Shown: positions 13,114-22,513 of the stretch, piece after piece
Layout of the letters: the number at the start of each line of letters is the position of its first letter
Numbering within the stretch: position 1 is the stretch's first letter
Virus record (IMG/VR): IMGVR_UViG_3300002307_000008
Location: 1 to 39,940 of that record
Origin: a virus
Length of the DNA stretch: 39,940 nt
Reading direction: 5' to 3' (one strand)
The notes under the pieces: model-generated
Told to the model about the DNA's origin: nothing
The model's input: only the letters and a program-made list of their open reading frames with translations
Database searches by the model: none
Position numbers and translations under genes: made by a program

Positions 13114-15740
13114 TAGACTGGAGCGCTCCACGTCTGGCCAAAGTCGTCAGACGAAATCGTGTAGCCCGTGGGAGTTCCCGAAATGTTCCGAACAAGCGCA
13201 CCGAGAATTCGCCCGGTGAATTCATCGCGGTCAAACCGAAAACTCAAAACGTCGCCGACAGTGGTGGCAACAACTTCCCAGTCCCATCCGAGCGCGTTCC
13301 AACTGTGGCGGCAGAACTTGAATTGAGCGTCCCCGTTGGCGACGTAGCCAAGCGCAAGTGATCCGTCTTTCCACTCGCGCACCCACGGAAGACCAGTCGT
13401 TTGATCGTGCCGAAACGAAGCTCGAAGCCGCCGCCGATTCGCCGCATCTGAGGTTGACCAATCGGCGTAGATTGCGGTCGTGATCTGCGACCGATGAAGC
13501 GTGTGGCCGAATCCGTATTCGATGCCTGTCCGGTAAAAACCGACGCCGTCGGCTGTTCCGTTCCCGCGGTTGGCCATTGAAGGCCGCTCGAGCAGCGCAA
13601 CCACCGCGCCCGTGTTGACCGCGCCGCCTGACTTGAACACTTCACCATCGCCAGCAACGCGCAGAAACTTCGTGAACCGAATCGGCGTGTAACCGCCGTA
13701 ACTCGTTTGCTCCCATGGGTCGCCGCACTGAGGGTAGCCCTGAACCTCGTCCCACAGATCCTGAGCGGCGACAGTCAGCGACGTCGCATCCTTGTCGACC
13801 CCGTCGGTCCAGTTTCCGCCCTGATAGATCGCGCCGTTTCCGAAGGCATTGAACCCAGGAAGCGCCGTGGTGTGGTATCCGTCGGTTGGCGGAGTGATCG
13901 CCGTTGCTGACCACCCAGGCAAATAATTGATACAGTTGATCAGGTCGCCAAGCGATTGCATTTGATAGTACGCCGCGCCGCTGAAAGGCACGACGTGAGC
14001 AGATCCAGGCCAGTCGGCCACTCGCTTGCCGTCGGATTCGAGCTGAATCGCTTGCTGCAAATATGTGTTGTCGCTCGCAGATTGCCATCCCGTCTGCCAA
14101 TAGTTAAACGGAGTCAAGAATGTCGCTTTTGCGTCGACCTGACGGATGATGTTCAGCGACCCCATGTGCAACGTCGTTGTTGCCGGGACGCCCGATATTG
14201 ACGCCGTTCGCGCGTCGAGAACTCCCCAGTACGCACCCTTTTCCGGGTCCGCCATGGTCGTCTCGTCTGGATAGCTCGAGGTCGGCGAAGATCCGGTTGC
14301 GTGCAGCGGGAATCGGCTTTGCCTGTCGTCAACGTCTGGAAGAGTGTAGCCGACTGTCGTTGGCGAGCAGAGGTCAATCGTGATCGTCTGCGAAGTTCCC
14401 GGAGTCGCCACCGTCCAATCGAACGACTTCGTCCCGACCGTCAGCGTTCCCGGCTGATCGGCCGTAAACTGCGCGTAGCGGAAACCTTCCCACACGGTTT
14501 CAAGCAGAGTGATCGACCCGCCCGGCGATGCGTAATTGTGAGACGCCGCGACAACCTTCGATGCGACTTGAGCAAGGGTGAAGCAGTTCCACGGCTTGCC
14601 GCGCATCTGGCATCGTTGGTCTCTCGAATCCTCGTGCTGGGATGACAGCGAAGGCTCGCCACCCGTCGAAGATGCTTTCAGCCAAACCCTCTGCGCGAGC
14701 CACTCGTTTACTCCACCTGTCCCGATCGTAGACCCGTCGACCGTGCCCGATGCGGCCCAGTTGAGCTGCGTAACCTGTGCGGTGCCCGTCGGATTGAGCA
14801 GCACGTCGACGATATTCGTCGCGCCGTCGAGTTTGTATTGCCACTGAGCGGTAAGTCCTGGGGACGGATACGCCGTGCCAAAACGCCGAAGCCTGCCCTC
14901 AAGCTGGAACTTGATTGGCGGGTTTACAAGCGTGTCGCAGATCGCCGTGTGTGGCGCGCTTGGATCGCTGTAGGTCTCACTGTAGGTTCCAATGTCCGCC
15001 CGAATCCGGCCCCATGTCGATGAATGATCGAAAACTATTCCCGCGTCCATGTTGACGCCATTCATGTTCGCGGTGATGAGCGTCGAGTTGCCCATTTGCT
15101 TGGATTCGGTGATCGCTTTTCGCTCAATCAGATAGCCCGGGGATCCGGTGTTCCCAGCCGTAACAAGCACATGGCACGAAGCGGTCACTCCGGCTTCGGT
15201 AAAAGACACCGAGACCGTCGTGCCGACCTTAAGCGCCTCATAGAACTCGGCACCCTTGCCGAACATTCCGTCCTTGTAGCTCGCGCCGTCGACAAGCGGA
15301 TAATTGTCCGCGTCGTTGTCGCTGAGGTCGTAGACGTAGCACCACTCCTCGACCGTCATCGTGATCGAGTAAGACCCGCTGATGTCGCGATTGTATGAGC
15401 CGCCAGGCGATGACCAAACATCATCGACGTACGTCGTCGCGTAGGTGACATCCGTGCCGGTGAAGCTCGGGATGTCCATCCACAGTTCAATCGTGCGACG
15501 ATTCTGAGCCGTGGTCGGAGGCGAAGCGCAGTTCAGAGACGCCGGGATGATCGCTGAATCCGAATCCGACATGTGGCAGATGCCCGGAAACTCGATGTAA
15601 ACGTTCGACGCGTGTTGATTGACGACGTAGCCGCCTAATCGCGTGGCCGAGTGACAGCCAGTCTGAGCGCCGACCGAGCCGGAAATGTTGCCATCGAACA
15701 CGATCGTGCGGGATCGTCCGGTCTTGAATGGGTTCGCCAT
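13113..15740 (-). CDS. Large tail fibre or host-specificity protein (875 aa) ending in a BNR/Asp-box
   Basis: Long ORF in the tail module. The C-terminal SDDFGQTW is a perfect Asp-box. I recognise no other domain. Confidence 0.6.
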   Translation of the reverse strand: MANPFKTGRSRTIVFDGNISGSVGAQTGCHSATRLGGYVVNQHASNVYIEFPGICHMSDSDSAIIPASLNCASPPTTAQNRRTIELWMDIPSFTGTDVTYATTYVDDVWSSPGGSYNRDISGSYSITMTVEEWCYVYDLSDNDADNYPLVDGASYKDGMFGKGAEFYEALKVGTTVSVSFTEAGVTASCHVLVTAGNTGSPGYLIERKAITESKQMGNSTLITANMNGVNMDAGIVFDHSSTWGRIRADIGTYSETYSDPSAPHTAICDTLVNPPIKFQLEGRLRRFGTAYPSPGLTAQWQYKLDGATNIVDVLLNPTGTAQVTQLNWAASGTVDGSTIGTGGVNEWLAQRVWLKASSTGGEPSLSSQHEDSRDQRCQMRGKPWNCFTLAQVASKVVAASHNYASPGGSITLLETVWEGFRYAQFTADQPGTLTVGTKSFDWTVATPGTSQTITIDLCSPTTVGYTLPDVDDRQSRFPLHATGSSPTSSYPDETTMADPEKGAYWGVLDARTASISGVPATTTLHMGSLNIIRQVDAKATFLTPFNYWQTGWQSASDNTYLQQAIQLESDGKRVADWPGSAHVVPFSGAAYYQMQSLGDLINCINYLPGWSATAITPPTDGYHTTALPGFNAFGNGAIYQGGNWTDGVDKDATSLTVAAQDLWDEVQGYPQCGDPWEQTSYGGYTPIRFTKFLRVAGDGEVFKSGGAVNTGAVVALLERPSMANRGNGTADGVGFYRTGIEYGFGHTLHRSQITTAIYADWSTSDAANRRRLRASFRHDQTTGLPWVREWKDGSLALGYVANGDAQFKFCRHSWNALGWDWEVVATTVGDVLSFRFDRDEFTGRILGALVRNISGTPTGYTISSDDFGQTWSAPV

Positions 15741-15743
15741 GGC

Positions 15744-15947
15744 TTACCAGTCGTATCCGCTCATTGTCGGAAACGACCCGTCTGCGTTCTGAATATCCGA
15801 TCCTCGATTGACCGCAGGACGCTTTGCCATTTCGGCATAGCTGACGATGGTCGCATCTGATGCCACGTATCGCCGCCGCGTCGGGATCGCGAACATTGTC
15901 ATGATCCGCTCGGAGTAAGCCGTTCGAAGCTTGTTTAGCTTCCTCAT
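15744..15947 (-). CDS. Hypothetical small protein (67 aa) between the two large tail genes
   Basis: The ATG at 15947 overlaps the stop of the 906-aa ORF (ATGA). It ends 3 nt before the next ATG. Confidence 0.4.
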   Translation of the reverse strand: MRKLNKLRTAYSERIMTMFAIPTRRRYVASDATIVSYAEMAKRPAVNRGSDIQNADGSFPTMSGYDW

Positions 15948-18664
15948 GCCCAACTCCCAAGAACACCCTTGTAAAGCTGACTTGCCGAGTCAAGCGCCGG
16001 AATTGAAAACGCTTCAATCACGCACATAGAGTTGTTACTCGTCAGCGTCGAATCGACTTGCATGTGGCAAGCGCTCACGACGTAGTTGCTGCCGTCGATC
16101 AGAATCATGTCGCCGTACCGAAGCGGCCGTGGCCGGATTTGAAGCGTGTCGTCAGCGTCTGTCACGAGCACGAGCGCCGTCTCGAACACCTTCCACTTGC
16201 GAGCGTGGCAAGCGTAGTCAAACGTCCGCCGCGCCATCCAATTGACGGCATCTTGCGTCTGAAGCGCAGAGTTGCAAACATAGATGAGCTGCGGAAGCCC
16301 GTCCGTGTAATCCGGATAAGTTGGATCCGGCGCCGGATGGTCTGAACCGTTTTGCCCAAAGTTCGCCGCCTTCCAATTGATTAGGACTTGCGAATCAAAC
16401 TTGCTTTGGATCGCGCCCGTCAGAACGCCAGCGTCGCCAAGGTAGCCAAGGCCCGACACATAGACCGCATTGCCCTCCGGAGGTTCGACCCACTCGGTCA
16501 GCGATCCGCGCAAGATGAAGTATTCGCCGCACGTTCCACCGCGACCGTCCGAAACGTCGGCATACGAGCCAGAAAACGCCGTCGGGACCGTTTGGCCGCT
16601 TGCGCGCCGGGTAGTCCTAAACGACGCCATCGCGCGGTATTTATTAGAACCGTTTGGCTTCGGTGGTCTTCGAATTCTCCAGCAGCCAAACGTATCAGAC
16701 CCGCCGCCGCCGTTCGTTGCGTTCGCGTCGTACACGAGGTACGCCCCGAGATACATCTTCGCAAGGTCGACGATGATAGGCCCGACTTCGGTGAACGACT
16801 CAATAACGTAGCCCGACGAATCCGAAACAAAAATGCGCGGAGTGAGATCCGGCACATCGATCATCGTCGATGGGTAACCAATCTCCTGAAGCAGGATGCG
16901 GATGATGTCCGTGACCTTGTACGGCTTCTTCGGGTCCGCCGGGTCGCTTCCAAAGTTCCAAAGCCGTGGCAATTTGCCGCGCATCAGCGTTGACCATTCG
17001 CCTAGGCCCTTCCAATTGTAGGTGCCCCAGGTCGGATATGGATAGGTTGCCGCCGCGCCTGCAAAGCCCTGAACGTTGTTGTTGCCGATGCGCTTGAACT
17101 TGGGTTCGTTAAACCGCCCGCTGTGCAGGATTGACAGCAGCGAGTTGTCCGACGAGTTCAGCGCCCGCACTTGGTAGCAGAATTCGCCGCGAGTTTGCAG
17201 CCGCGCCAGGCCGTTCGATAGGTCCACGCACTTGACCGCCGATGTCTCGGTCGACGGGTCCGCAGATTGGCCCGTGATCGACAGGAACATCGTCTTATCA
17301 GGCGTGATCGAGTCTGGCGACGTGGCCGCGTTGACCGCCTCGCGCGTCACTGTGAATCGGTTTGCGGTCGGTGAAAACGTGTGCCCAGAATCAGACGCTA
17401 GAACGATCGACGCGTAATACTGTTGTTTCTCGCCCGCAGGAACATGGACGTTTCGGTAAACATAGTTCTCCGTGACGGTTGTCGCGCCCGCATAAGACAG
17501 CTCGGTTCCGTCCGCTTGGTACATGTGAATCGTGCCCGACGCTCCGGACGCAAAATTGCCCCAGAACGCGACGCTGAAGTCATTCGCGATCGTGCCAGAG
17601 CCGTCGTAGTTGAGCGGGCTAAACGGAAGCGTGAAAAGCGGCGTGACGAGCGTTCCCGTCGCTTTATACAGGTGGGTCGAAACCTGAAACTTCGCCCGAA
17701 CGTTCCGCCGACAATCGAGCCTCAGCTTTGCAAGCGTCGGCTGCGGAATTGCGTCTGGAGTCGGCTTCGGAACGTTGTAGACCGTTGCGTTGCCTTGAAA
17801 GATGTCAATGACGTTCGCGATCAAGTTGCCTTGCGCGCCCGTTATCCCAAGGAACTGAAAGATGATTTTTGAGCCGTACCAGTTGCCATCACCGCCAAGG
17901 TAAGCGTCTGACCCGATCTTGACGACGTGTGACGTTCCCGCAACCTCGTGAGGCTGCGCCCATGCCATCGTCGATCGAAGCTGCCACGACGCGCCCGTCG
18001 TGCCCATCTGCTCGTACAGAAGCGCGGTACCGTCTGCCATCAAGAGCAGGTGATACTGCCCCTTTCCTGGGCTGCTGTCTGATCGCGTCTGGCCAGGAAT
18101 GCCCGTGAAGTAGATGCCCAGAAGCTGACCCGTCGAACGCGAAGAAGGAACGAACGGAGTCTCAAACCGAAAGACGATCCAATCGTCTGGCCGTGCGTTG
18201 TTGGCGCTTTTTGCGACACGATCGAGGATGATCGGTTGCGTGTAGTTTGGCCCCGGGAAGGACGCCTGGTCGGTAGAATCGTTGGCCGCGTCCCAGCCTG
18301 CCCCTTGCGCGACCTGCTTTTGTGCGAACAAGTCGCCAGACGAGCGCGTCGATGTGGTCCCGAGCCCGGAAAGCTCAGACGGGGTGCGCTGAATTCCCGC
18401 TGTGGTAATGCCCGTCGGCATCGTGAACGACAGCACCGACGCATCAGCCGTCGACATCTCGTGCAGGACGCTGAGCGTGTCCTGATAGGCCGCAATTCGC
18501 CAGCCGATGCCCTTCCAAAATGTGACGTCGGTTGACTTCGACTGATCGCAGATTTGCGCCATCGACGAGTCGAACCAAAAGGCCGGCTGACATGCGCGAT
18601 GAACCGGGGTGTCGATCAAGACCTGAGTCAAACGACCCGGAGTAACAGAGTTGCCAGCAGCCAT
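15944..18664 (-). CDS. Large tail tip or baseplate-hub-like protein (906 aa)
   Basis: It is the first large ORF after the tape measure in the direction of transcription. The call is based on position only. Confidence 0.5.
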   Translation of the reverse strand: MAAGNSVTPGRLTQVLIDTPVHRACQPAFWFDSSMAQICDQSKSTDVTFWKGIGWRIAAYQDTLSVLHEMSTADASVLSFTMPTGITTAGIQRTPSELSGLGTTSTRSSGDLFAQKQVAQGAGWDAANDSTDQASFPGPNYTQPIILDRVAKSANNARPDDWIVFRFETPFVPSSRSTGQLLGIYFTGIPGQTRSDSSPGKGQYHLLLMADGTALLYEQMGTTGASWQLRSTMAWAQPHEVAGTSHVVKIGSDAYLGGDGNWYGSKIIFQFLGITGAQGNLIANVIDIFQGNATVYNVPKPTPDAIPQPTLAKLRLDCRRNVRAKFQVSTHLYKATGTLVTPLFTLPFSPLNYDGSGTIANDFSVAFWGNFASGASGTIHMYQADGTELSYAGATTVTENYVYRNVHVPAGEKQQYYASIVLASDSGHTFSPTANRFTVTREAVNAATSPDSITPDKTMFLSITGQSADPSTETSAVKCVDLSNGLARLQTRGEFCYQVRALNSSDNSLLSILHSGRFNEPKFKRIGNNNVQGFAGAAATYPYPTWGTYNWKGLGEWSTLMRGKLPRLWNFGSDPADPKKPYKVTDIIRILLQEIGYPSTMIDVPDLTPRIFVSDSSGYVIESFTEVGPIIVDLAKMYLGAYLVYDANATNGGGGSDTFGCWRIRRPPKPNGSNKYRAMASFRTTRRASGQTVPTAFSGSYADVSDGRGGTCGEYFILRGSLTEWVEPPEGNAVYVSGLGYLGDAGVLTGAIQSKFDSQVLINWKAANFGQNGSDHPAPDPTYPDYTDGLPQLIYVCNSALQTQDAVNWMARRTFDYACHARKWKVFETALVLVTDADDTLQIRPRPLRYGDMILIDGSNYVVSACHMQVDSTLTSNNSMCVIEAFSIPALDSASQLYKGVLGSWA

Positions 18665-18703
18665 AAATCAACCGAATCGCCGCGAGTGGCGTAATATGAG
18701 GAA

Positions 18704-19321
18704 ATGAGCGCTAACCTGCAATGCCCGATTTGTAGCACTCAGCATGTGCGCGTCGTAAATTGGTGCACTCAGTGCGGAGCCGTATTCGCGAAAGTCAAAA
18801 CGAGTCCGTTGAAGGTGTTCGGCGTTACATCCGCAACGTTCGGTGTTTTGCTGACGGCTTACTATTGGCTCGTATTCAATATTGGATACGGCGGCGTCGT
18901 GAATGTCGGACTCGTTTCAGATCGGACGAACGGGCTAATCGTTGGCGTGGCGATGACTGTGCTTGGATCTGCATTGCTAGTCGCTTTTGTTTTCGCGCCA
19001 AAAGGGATCAACCCTATGGACTTGGTGGCGCGACTAATTGCCCCGCCACCAAAAATCCCTGCGGGCTTCAAGGTGCCATTGACTAGCGTTCGCAAGCTGA
19101 CGTCGCCCCCGTCTTCTTTGGCTTCATTGTCATATCCGATATGGACTCAGCAATTAAACGCGGCCCTCGTTCGAGCTACCTACACCTGTTCAATAACCGA
19201 AAAAGAGCGAAAATGGGCTTACGAATGGGGCATTGCGCCTACCGATGTCGCAAGCTTTTTCGCGTTCATTGACAAGTTTCACGCCTACCACGGGCGAAGA
19301 ATCACGCGCCCGATCATTTGA
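18704..19321 (+). CDS. Opposite-strand moron: zinc-ribbon membrane protein (205 aa)
   Basis: It has CPICSTQH...WCTQCG (CxxC...CxxC) and two hydrophobic segments, FGVLLTAYYWLVF and LIVGVAMTVLGSALLVAFVF. It is the only plus-strand gene inside the minus-strand tail operon. Confidence 0.6.
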   Translation: MSANLQCPICSTQHVRVVNWCTQCGAVFAKVKTSPLKVFGVTSATFGVLLTAYYWLVFNIGYGGVVNVGLVSDRTNGLIVGVAMTVLGSALLVAFVFAPKGINPMDLVARLIAPPPKIPAGFKVPLTSVRKLTSPPSSLASLSYPIWTQQLNAALVRATYTCSITEKERKWAYEWGIAPTDVASFFAFIDKFHAYHGRRITRPII

Positions 19322-19328
19322 TCACAGC

Positions 19329-20723
19329 CTAATACGCGCCGATGCGATAGGCTTCCGAATCCAAGTCTTCGCTTGTTCGATTGTATGCCGACCCAACTCG
19401 CCCAGCAGCTTGTCCAACGCGCGAGCCACCGCCGATCGATTCATTTGAACCGTTGCGATACCTTGGATGCAGGTTGGCGGTTTTACTTCCAGAATTCTTT
19501 TCAGATCCGCCTCCTCCTATGCTGAACGGGTTCCAAATGTCGGCCAATCCGCTCGCGATATCTTTCCAGCTGCCTTCCTTCCAGTCGCTCAACCCCTGGT
19601 CAAGAAGTTGCGCGATGCCGCCAATGTAGGTCATCGCCGGAGTCGCGACCTTTCGATATATTCGTTCAGCTCGATTTGCCGCTGCGCCCTTCGCAGACTC
19701 GTAATTACCCAAACGCCTTAGGTCATTGTCGCTCCCTTCATCGCCGCGACTTCGTTTCAATTGGTCGTACATGCCCTGGTCAGCGTAACTTTGTGCAAAC
19801 TCTTCAGGGGTTAGACCGATGTCACGCGACACCCTGACCCGCGTGTTTCGATCTCGAATGTTTCGAACTTCATCAAGAGCGCGAACGTAGTTTGTCGATC
19901 GATCAATCTGATACGGTCCGAAGTCGTAAAGCCCCTTACTGTGCATGTAAGCCGCCCCATAAGTTCCCTGCCTCAGCGCGTTACCGATTGCCTCAGGGCG
20001 ACTTGCATCGCCACCAGACAGCGCATTTGCTTGACCGATTGCGCCAGGGCCTCCGCCGCCGTACAGTGCCATCCGAGCACCCTTTGCGGTTGACGATGCT
20101 GCAAATTCAGCAGCGGACTTGACCGCCGCGCCAACCGCAACGGCTACCCCCGCGCCCGCCAGGAGCTTTGACGCCAGCCCGATAGCCGACTCAGCAGCGC
20201 CGCTCGACATTCCCGCATTGGTAAGCGTTGTTGTGTTGATTTGCGATGCAATAGCCCGCCCTGCCCCGCCTAAACCTAGACTGCCGGCCGCCGCAAGGTC
20301 TATACCTAGTGGATTTGAGCCGTCAGACTGAAGAAAGCGGGTCCGGTTGAATACTCGCCGATCTGCGCTCACAGGAGGCGTTGATGCGCGTCTTTGCGCG
20401 TCCATGGCGCGATTCAGTCGGTACCGCTGATTTCGAATTGCGTCCGAGTTGTCATCGAACCCGCTATCGTAAAGCTGCCTTAGTCGGTCAGCTTCAAATG
20501 AAGCCCGACCAAACGGCCCGTCTGGTCGATACGGACGTGCGCGTAGTGCTGACCCGCCGCCAGAAGACGAAACGCCTCCGGCCCGCCCAACCCGCGAAGT
20601 CGACCCCGCCAGCCCGTCCATCGCCGATGACGCGTCTTTCGCCGTGTCCCGAAGCGTTCCCATCTTGTCGATGAGCGCGTCGAGTTCGGCGGCGTTGATC
20701 GGTAGCTTGTATCCTGGAGGCAT
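19329..20723 (-). CDS. Tape measure protein (short, 464 aa)
   Basis: It lies immediately after the G/GT chaperone pair. The composition is Gly/Ala-rich with hydrophobic central segments (GLASKLLAGAGVAVAVGAAV). Confidence 0.55.
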   Translation of the reverse strand: MPPGYKLPINAAELDALIDKMGTLRDTAKDASSAMDGLAGSTSRVGRAGGVSSSGGGSALRARPYRPDGPFGRASFEADRLRQLYDSGFDDNSDAIRNQRYRLNRAMDAQRRASTPPVSADRRVFNRTRFLQSDGSNPLGIDLAAAGSLGLGGAGRAIASQINTTTLTNAGMSSGAAESAIGLASKLLAGAGVAVAVGAAVKSAAEFAASSTAKGARMALYGGGGPGAIGQANALSGGDASRPEAIGNALRQGTYGAAYMHSKGLYDFGPYQIDRSTNYVRALDEVRNIRDRNTRVRVSRDIGLTPEEFAQSYADQGMYDQLKRSRGDEGSDNDLRRLGNYESAKGAAANRAERIYRKVATPAMTYIGGIAQLLDQGLSDWKEGSWKDIASGLADIWNPFSIGGGGSEKNSGSKTANLHPRYRNGSNESIGGGSRVGQAAGRVGSAYNRTSEDLDSEAYRIGAY

Positions 20724-20729
20724 CGTTAG

Positions 20730-21433
20730 TTACCCAAATAGGTTCGCGTCTGGCATACGTGCAATCTGAGATTCAAAATTCGCGATCGAATCGAACTCCG
20801 GCTCGTCATCCCGAGAAGCCAGTTCGCCGACCCAATCGGTCGTGATCCGTGGCACTTCGGCGTCGATCTTGCAATCTGAATGCTGGCAAAGCGCTTCAAG
20901 CGCGAGCGCGATGTACGTAAGAAGGTTCAGTTGACCGAGAACAGGTTCGATGTGAACCCCGTCCCGGTACAGGATGGTCTTAGCGCGCTCGCCTAGCCAC
21001 CCGGTGAGTCTTCCCCCGACTCGTCAACCGCCCCGTTCTTGACCATGAAGTAAGCGCCGCGAATCATGTGCCAGCCCTGATCAAGGCAAACAGACGCGCG
21101 AATGACTTCGTCAACCGTCATCAGCTCGCCCGGAGCCTGCAACATCATCGAAATCTCAACCGCTTCGGCGAACAGCTCGTAGGACGTCGCAACCGGAGCG
21201 TCATCGATGTCCGGGTACAAACTTGGCTGCTTTCGCAGAACGCCGTCCTCGCCGCGCCAGTTGCCGAAGATGTACTTCGACGCCAGGCGGTCAATCTCTT
21301 GGTCGCGCTTGGCTTCCTCCGCCCCGTCAAGCTTTCGAAGATTGATCTTGAACGCGCCCGTCTTGGAATCGTCAATATCAAACTCTTTGGCGACCGGCGG
21401 CGTTCTTCCAACCTTATCCCACGCGATCGGCAT
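20730..21433 (-). CDS. Tail assembly chaperone GT-like fusion made by -1 programmed frameshift
   Basis: The -1 frame is open from 21023 to TAA at 20732..20730 (about 93 codons). It has no plausible initiation codon except an ATG 8 codons before its stop. It is bounded upstream by a -1-frame TGA at 21026..21024. Confidence 0.55.
20993..21433 (-). CDS. Tail assembly chaperone (gpG-like)
   Basis: It lies between the major tail protein and the tape measure. An overlapping -1 frame without its own start continues to the tape measure start. Confidence 0.6.
   Translation of the reverse strand: MPIAWDKVGRTPPVAKEFDIDDSKTGAFKINLRKLDGAEEAKRDQEIDRLASKYIFGNWRGEDGVLRKQPSLYPDIDDAPVATSYELFAEAVEISMMLQAPGELMTVDEVIRASVCLDQGWHMIRGAYFMVKNGAVDESGEDSPGG
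21013..21017 (-). other. Candidate slippery run GGGGG for the G/GT -1 frameshift
   Basis: The zero frame reads TCG GGG GAA. It is the only homopolymeric run in the 28-nt window (21023..20996) where the shift must occur. Confidence 0.4.
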
Positions 21434-21897
21434 TAGGTGATCACCAGCGGCGATGCGTTCGCGTTATTGATCGGTTTCAAGTTGATCGAGCTCATGTTCG
21501 GCGCGATCTGCGTAATACCCTTGTCGCCACCTTCCCAGATGCCGGTGTACGTGAGTGTGCGCGTCGTGCCGTTATAGTTGTACGTCGCGACAACCTTTAC
21601 AAGGTCAAACGATGTCATCAGGTTGAGAATCGCATCACCGAGCGTCGCGTCGGTTGAGTTGTAGAGCGAGATGTGACAATCGATCTCGATCTGTGTCTTG
21701 ACGTAGTGCGCGTATAGGTCATCAAGGCCGTTGAACCGAACCAATCCCTGATCCATCGAGAACGAGACGCCAGCAAAGAGCGACGTGCCCGCAAGAGCGA
21801 TTGCCGTCGAGCCGGTCGGGACGCCCGACACGTAGTTTTGACCCGTAAGCGTGAACGTCGTCAGGTCCTTAGCTAGTAGGGGAACGCGTACTGCCAT
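21433..21897 (-). CDS. Major tail protein (position-based)
   Basis: The ATG at 21897 (MAVRVPLLAKDL...) overlaps the upstream stop (TAATG). The gene precedes the chaperone pair. Confidence 0.5.
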   Translation of the reverse strand: MAVRVPLLAKDLTTFTLTGQNYVSGVPTGSTAIALAGTSLFAGVSFSMDQGLVRFNGLDDLYAHYVKTQIEIDCHISLYNSTDATLGDAILNLMTSFDLVKVVATYNYNGTTRTLTYTGIWEGGDKGITQIAPNMSSINLKPINNANASPLVIT

Positions 21898-22064
21898 TAG
21901 ACCGCCACCTGCCAATCGTGAGCCGCTGCGTCGTCAGCAACAACGGTTGCGCCTTCCGGAAGCTCTTCCTTATCGGCAAGCTCGCGGACACGCGTTTCGA
22001 GGACCCGAACCGCAAAGCCCCCGTCCCCCGTTTTGATTCGAGTCTCTTGTATTTTCATGGTCAT
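21897..22064 (-). CDS. Hypothetical small protein (55 aa)
   Basis: Translation begins MTMKIQETRIKTGDGGFAVRVLETRVRELADKEE... ATGA overlap upstream and TAATG overlap downstream. Confidence 0.4.
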   Translation of the reverse strand: MTMKIQETRIKTGDGGFAVRVLETRVRELADKEELPEGATVVADDAAAHDWQVAV

Positions 22065-22513
22065 TTCCTAGCTAAGAAGCTGTCTTGAAACACTCTCTGC
22101 ATCTCGTCTTCGACGAACTTGAGAGAAACTGTCTTGATGCGATCTTCGAGCACCTTGTCGAGCGGCCTTGCGATCATCTTCGAAGTGCCGTATTGCAGGT
22201 AGCTTGCGTAACTCGCGATGTTGGCGATAACCGGGATCTTCGAACCGTCCGGCATCGAAAGCGTTGTGTAGATCACCCAGGATCGCTTGAAGACGCCTGA
22301 ACGCGTGTTGATAATCGCTGGGTCGCCGTAAGGTATCGGGCCGGGATTCTTGACGCTGTACGGATGTCCAGGTCCGCGCCACTTGCCGCCACTGAAATAC
22401 TTTGCGTAGTTTAGAACATCGGCCGCAATCTGCTTGTTGACGTTGGTCTTGGCTTGGATCAGCTTCTTTCGCGTTTTTTCGATGTCCCGCGCGAGGTCCT
22501 TAAACTCCGCCAT
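22061..22513 (-). CDS. HK97 gp10-like tail-completion or neck protein
   Basis: YASYLQYGTSKMIARP resembles the YA..vE.GT..m.arPf motif of the gp10 family. The position is between the connector genes and the tail tube. Confidence 0.5.
   Translation of the reverse strand: MAEFKDLARDIEKTRKKLIQAKTNVNKQIAADVLNYAKYFSGGKWRGPGHPYSVKNPGPIPYGDPAIINTRSGVFKRSWVIYTTLSMPDGSKIPVIANIASYASYLQYGTSKMIARPLDKVLEDRIKTVSLKFVEDEMQRVFQDSFLARK

Noticed and set aside
13113-18664. Looked for diversity-generating retroelement signatures (template and variable repeat pairs) in the large tail genes
   Set aside because: No reverse transcriptase ORF exists anywhere in the window, and I noticed no near-identical 100-150 bp repeat pair by eye. 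This cannot be fully excluded without a computed self-alignment.
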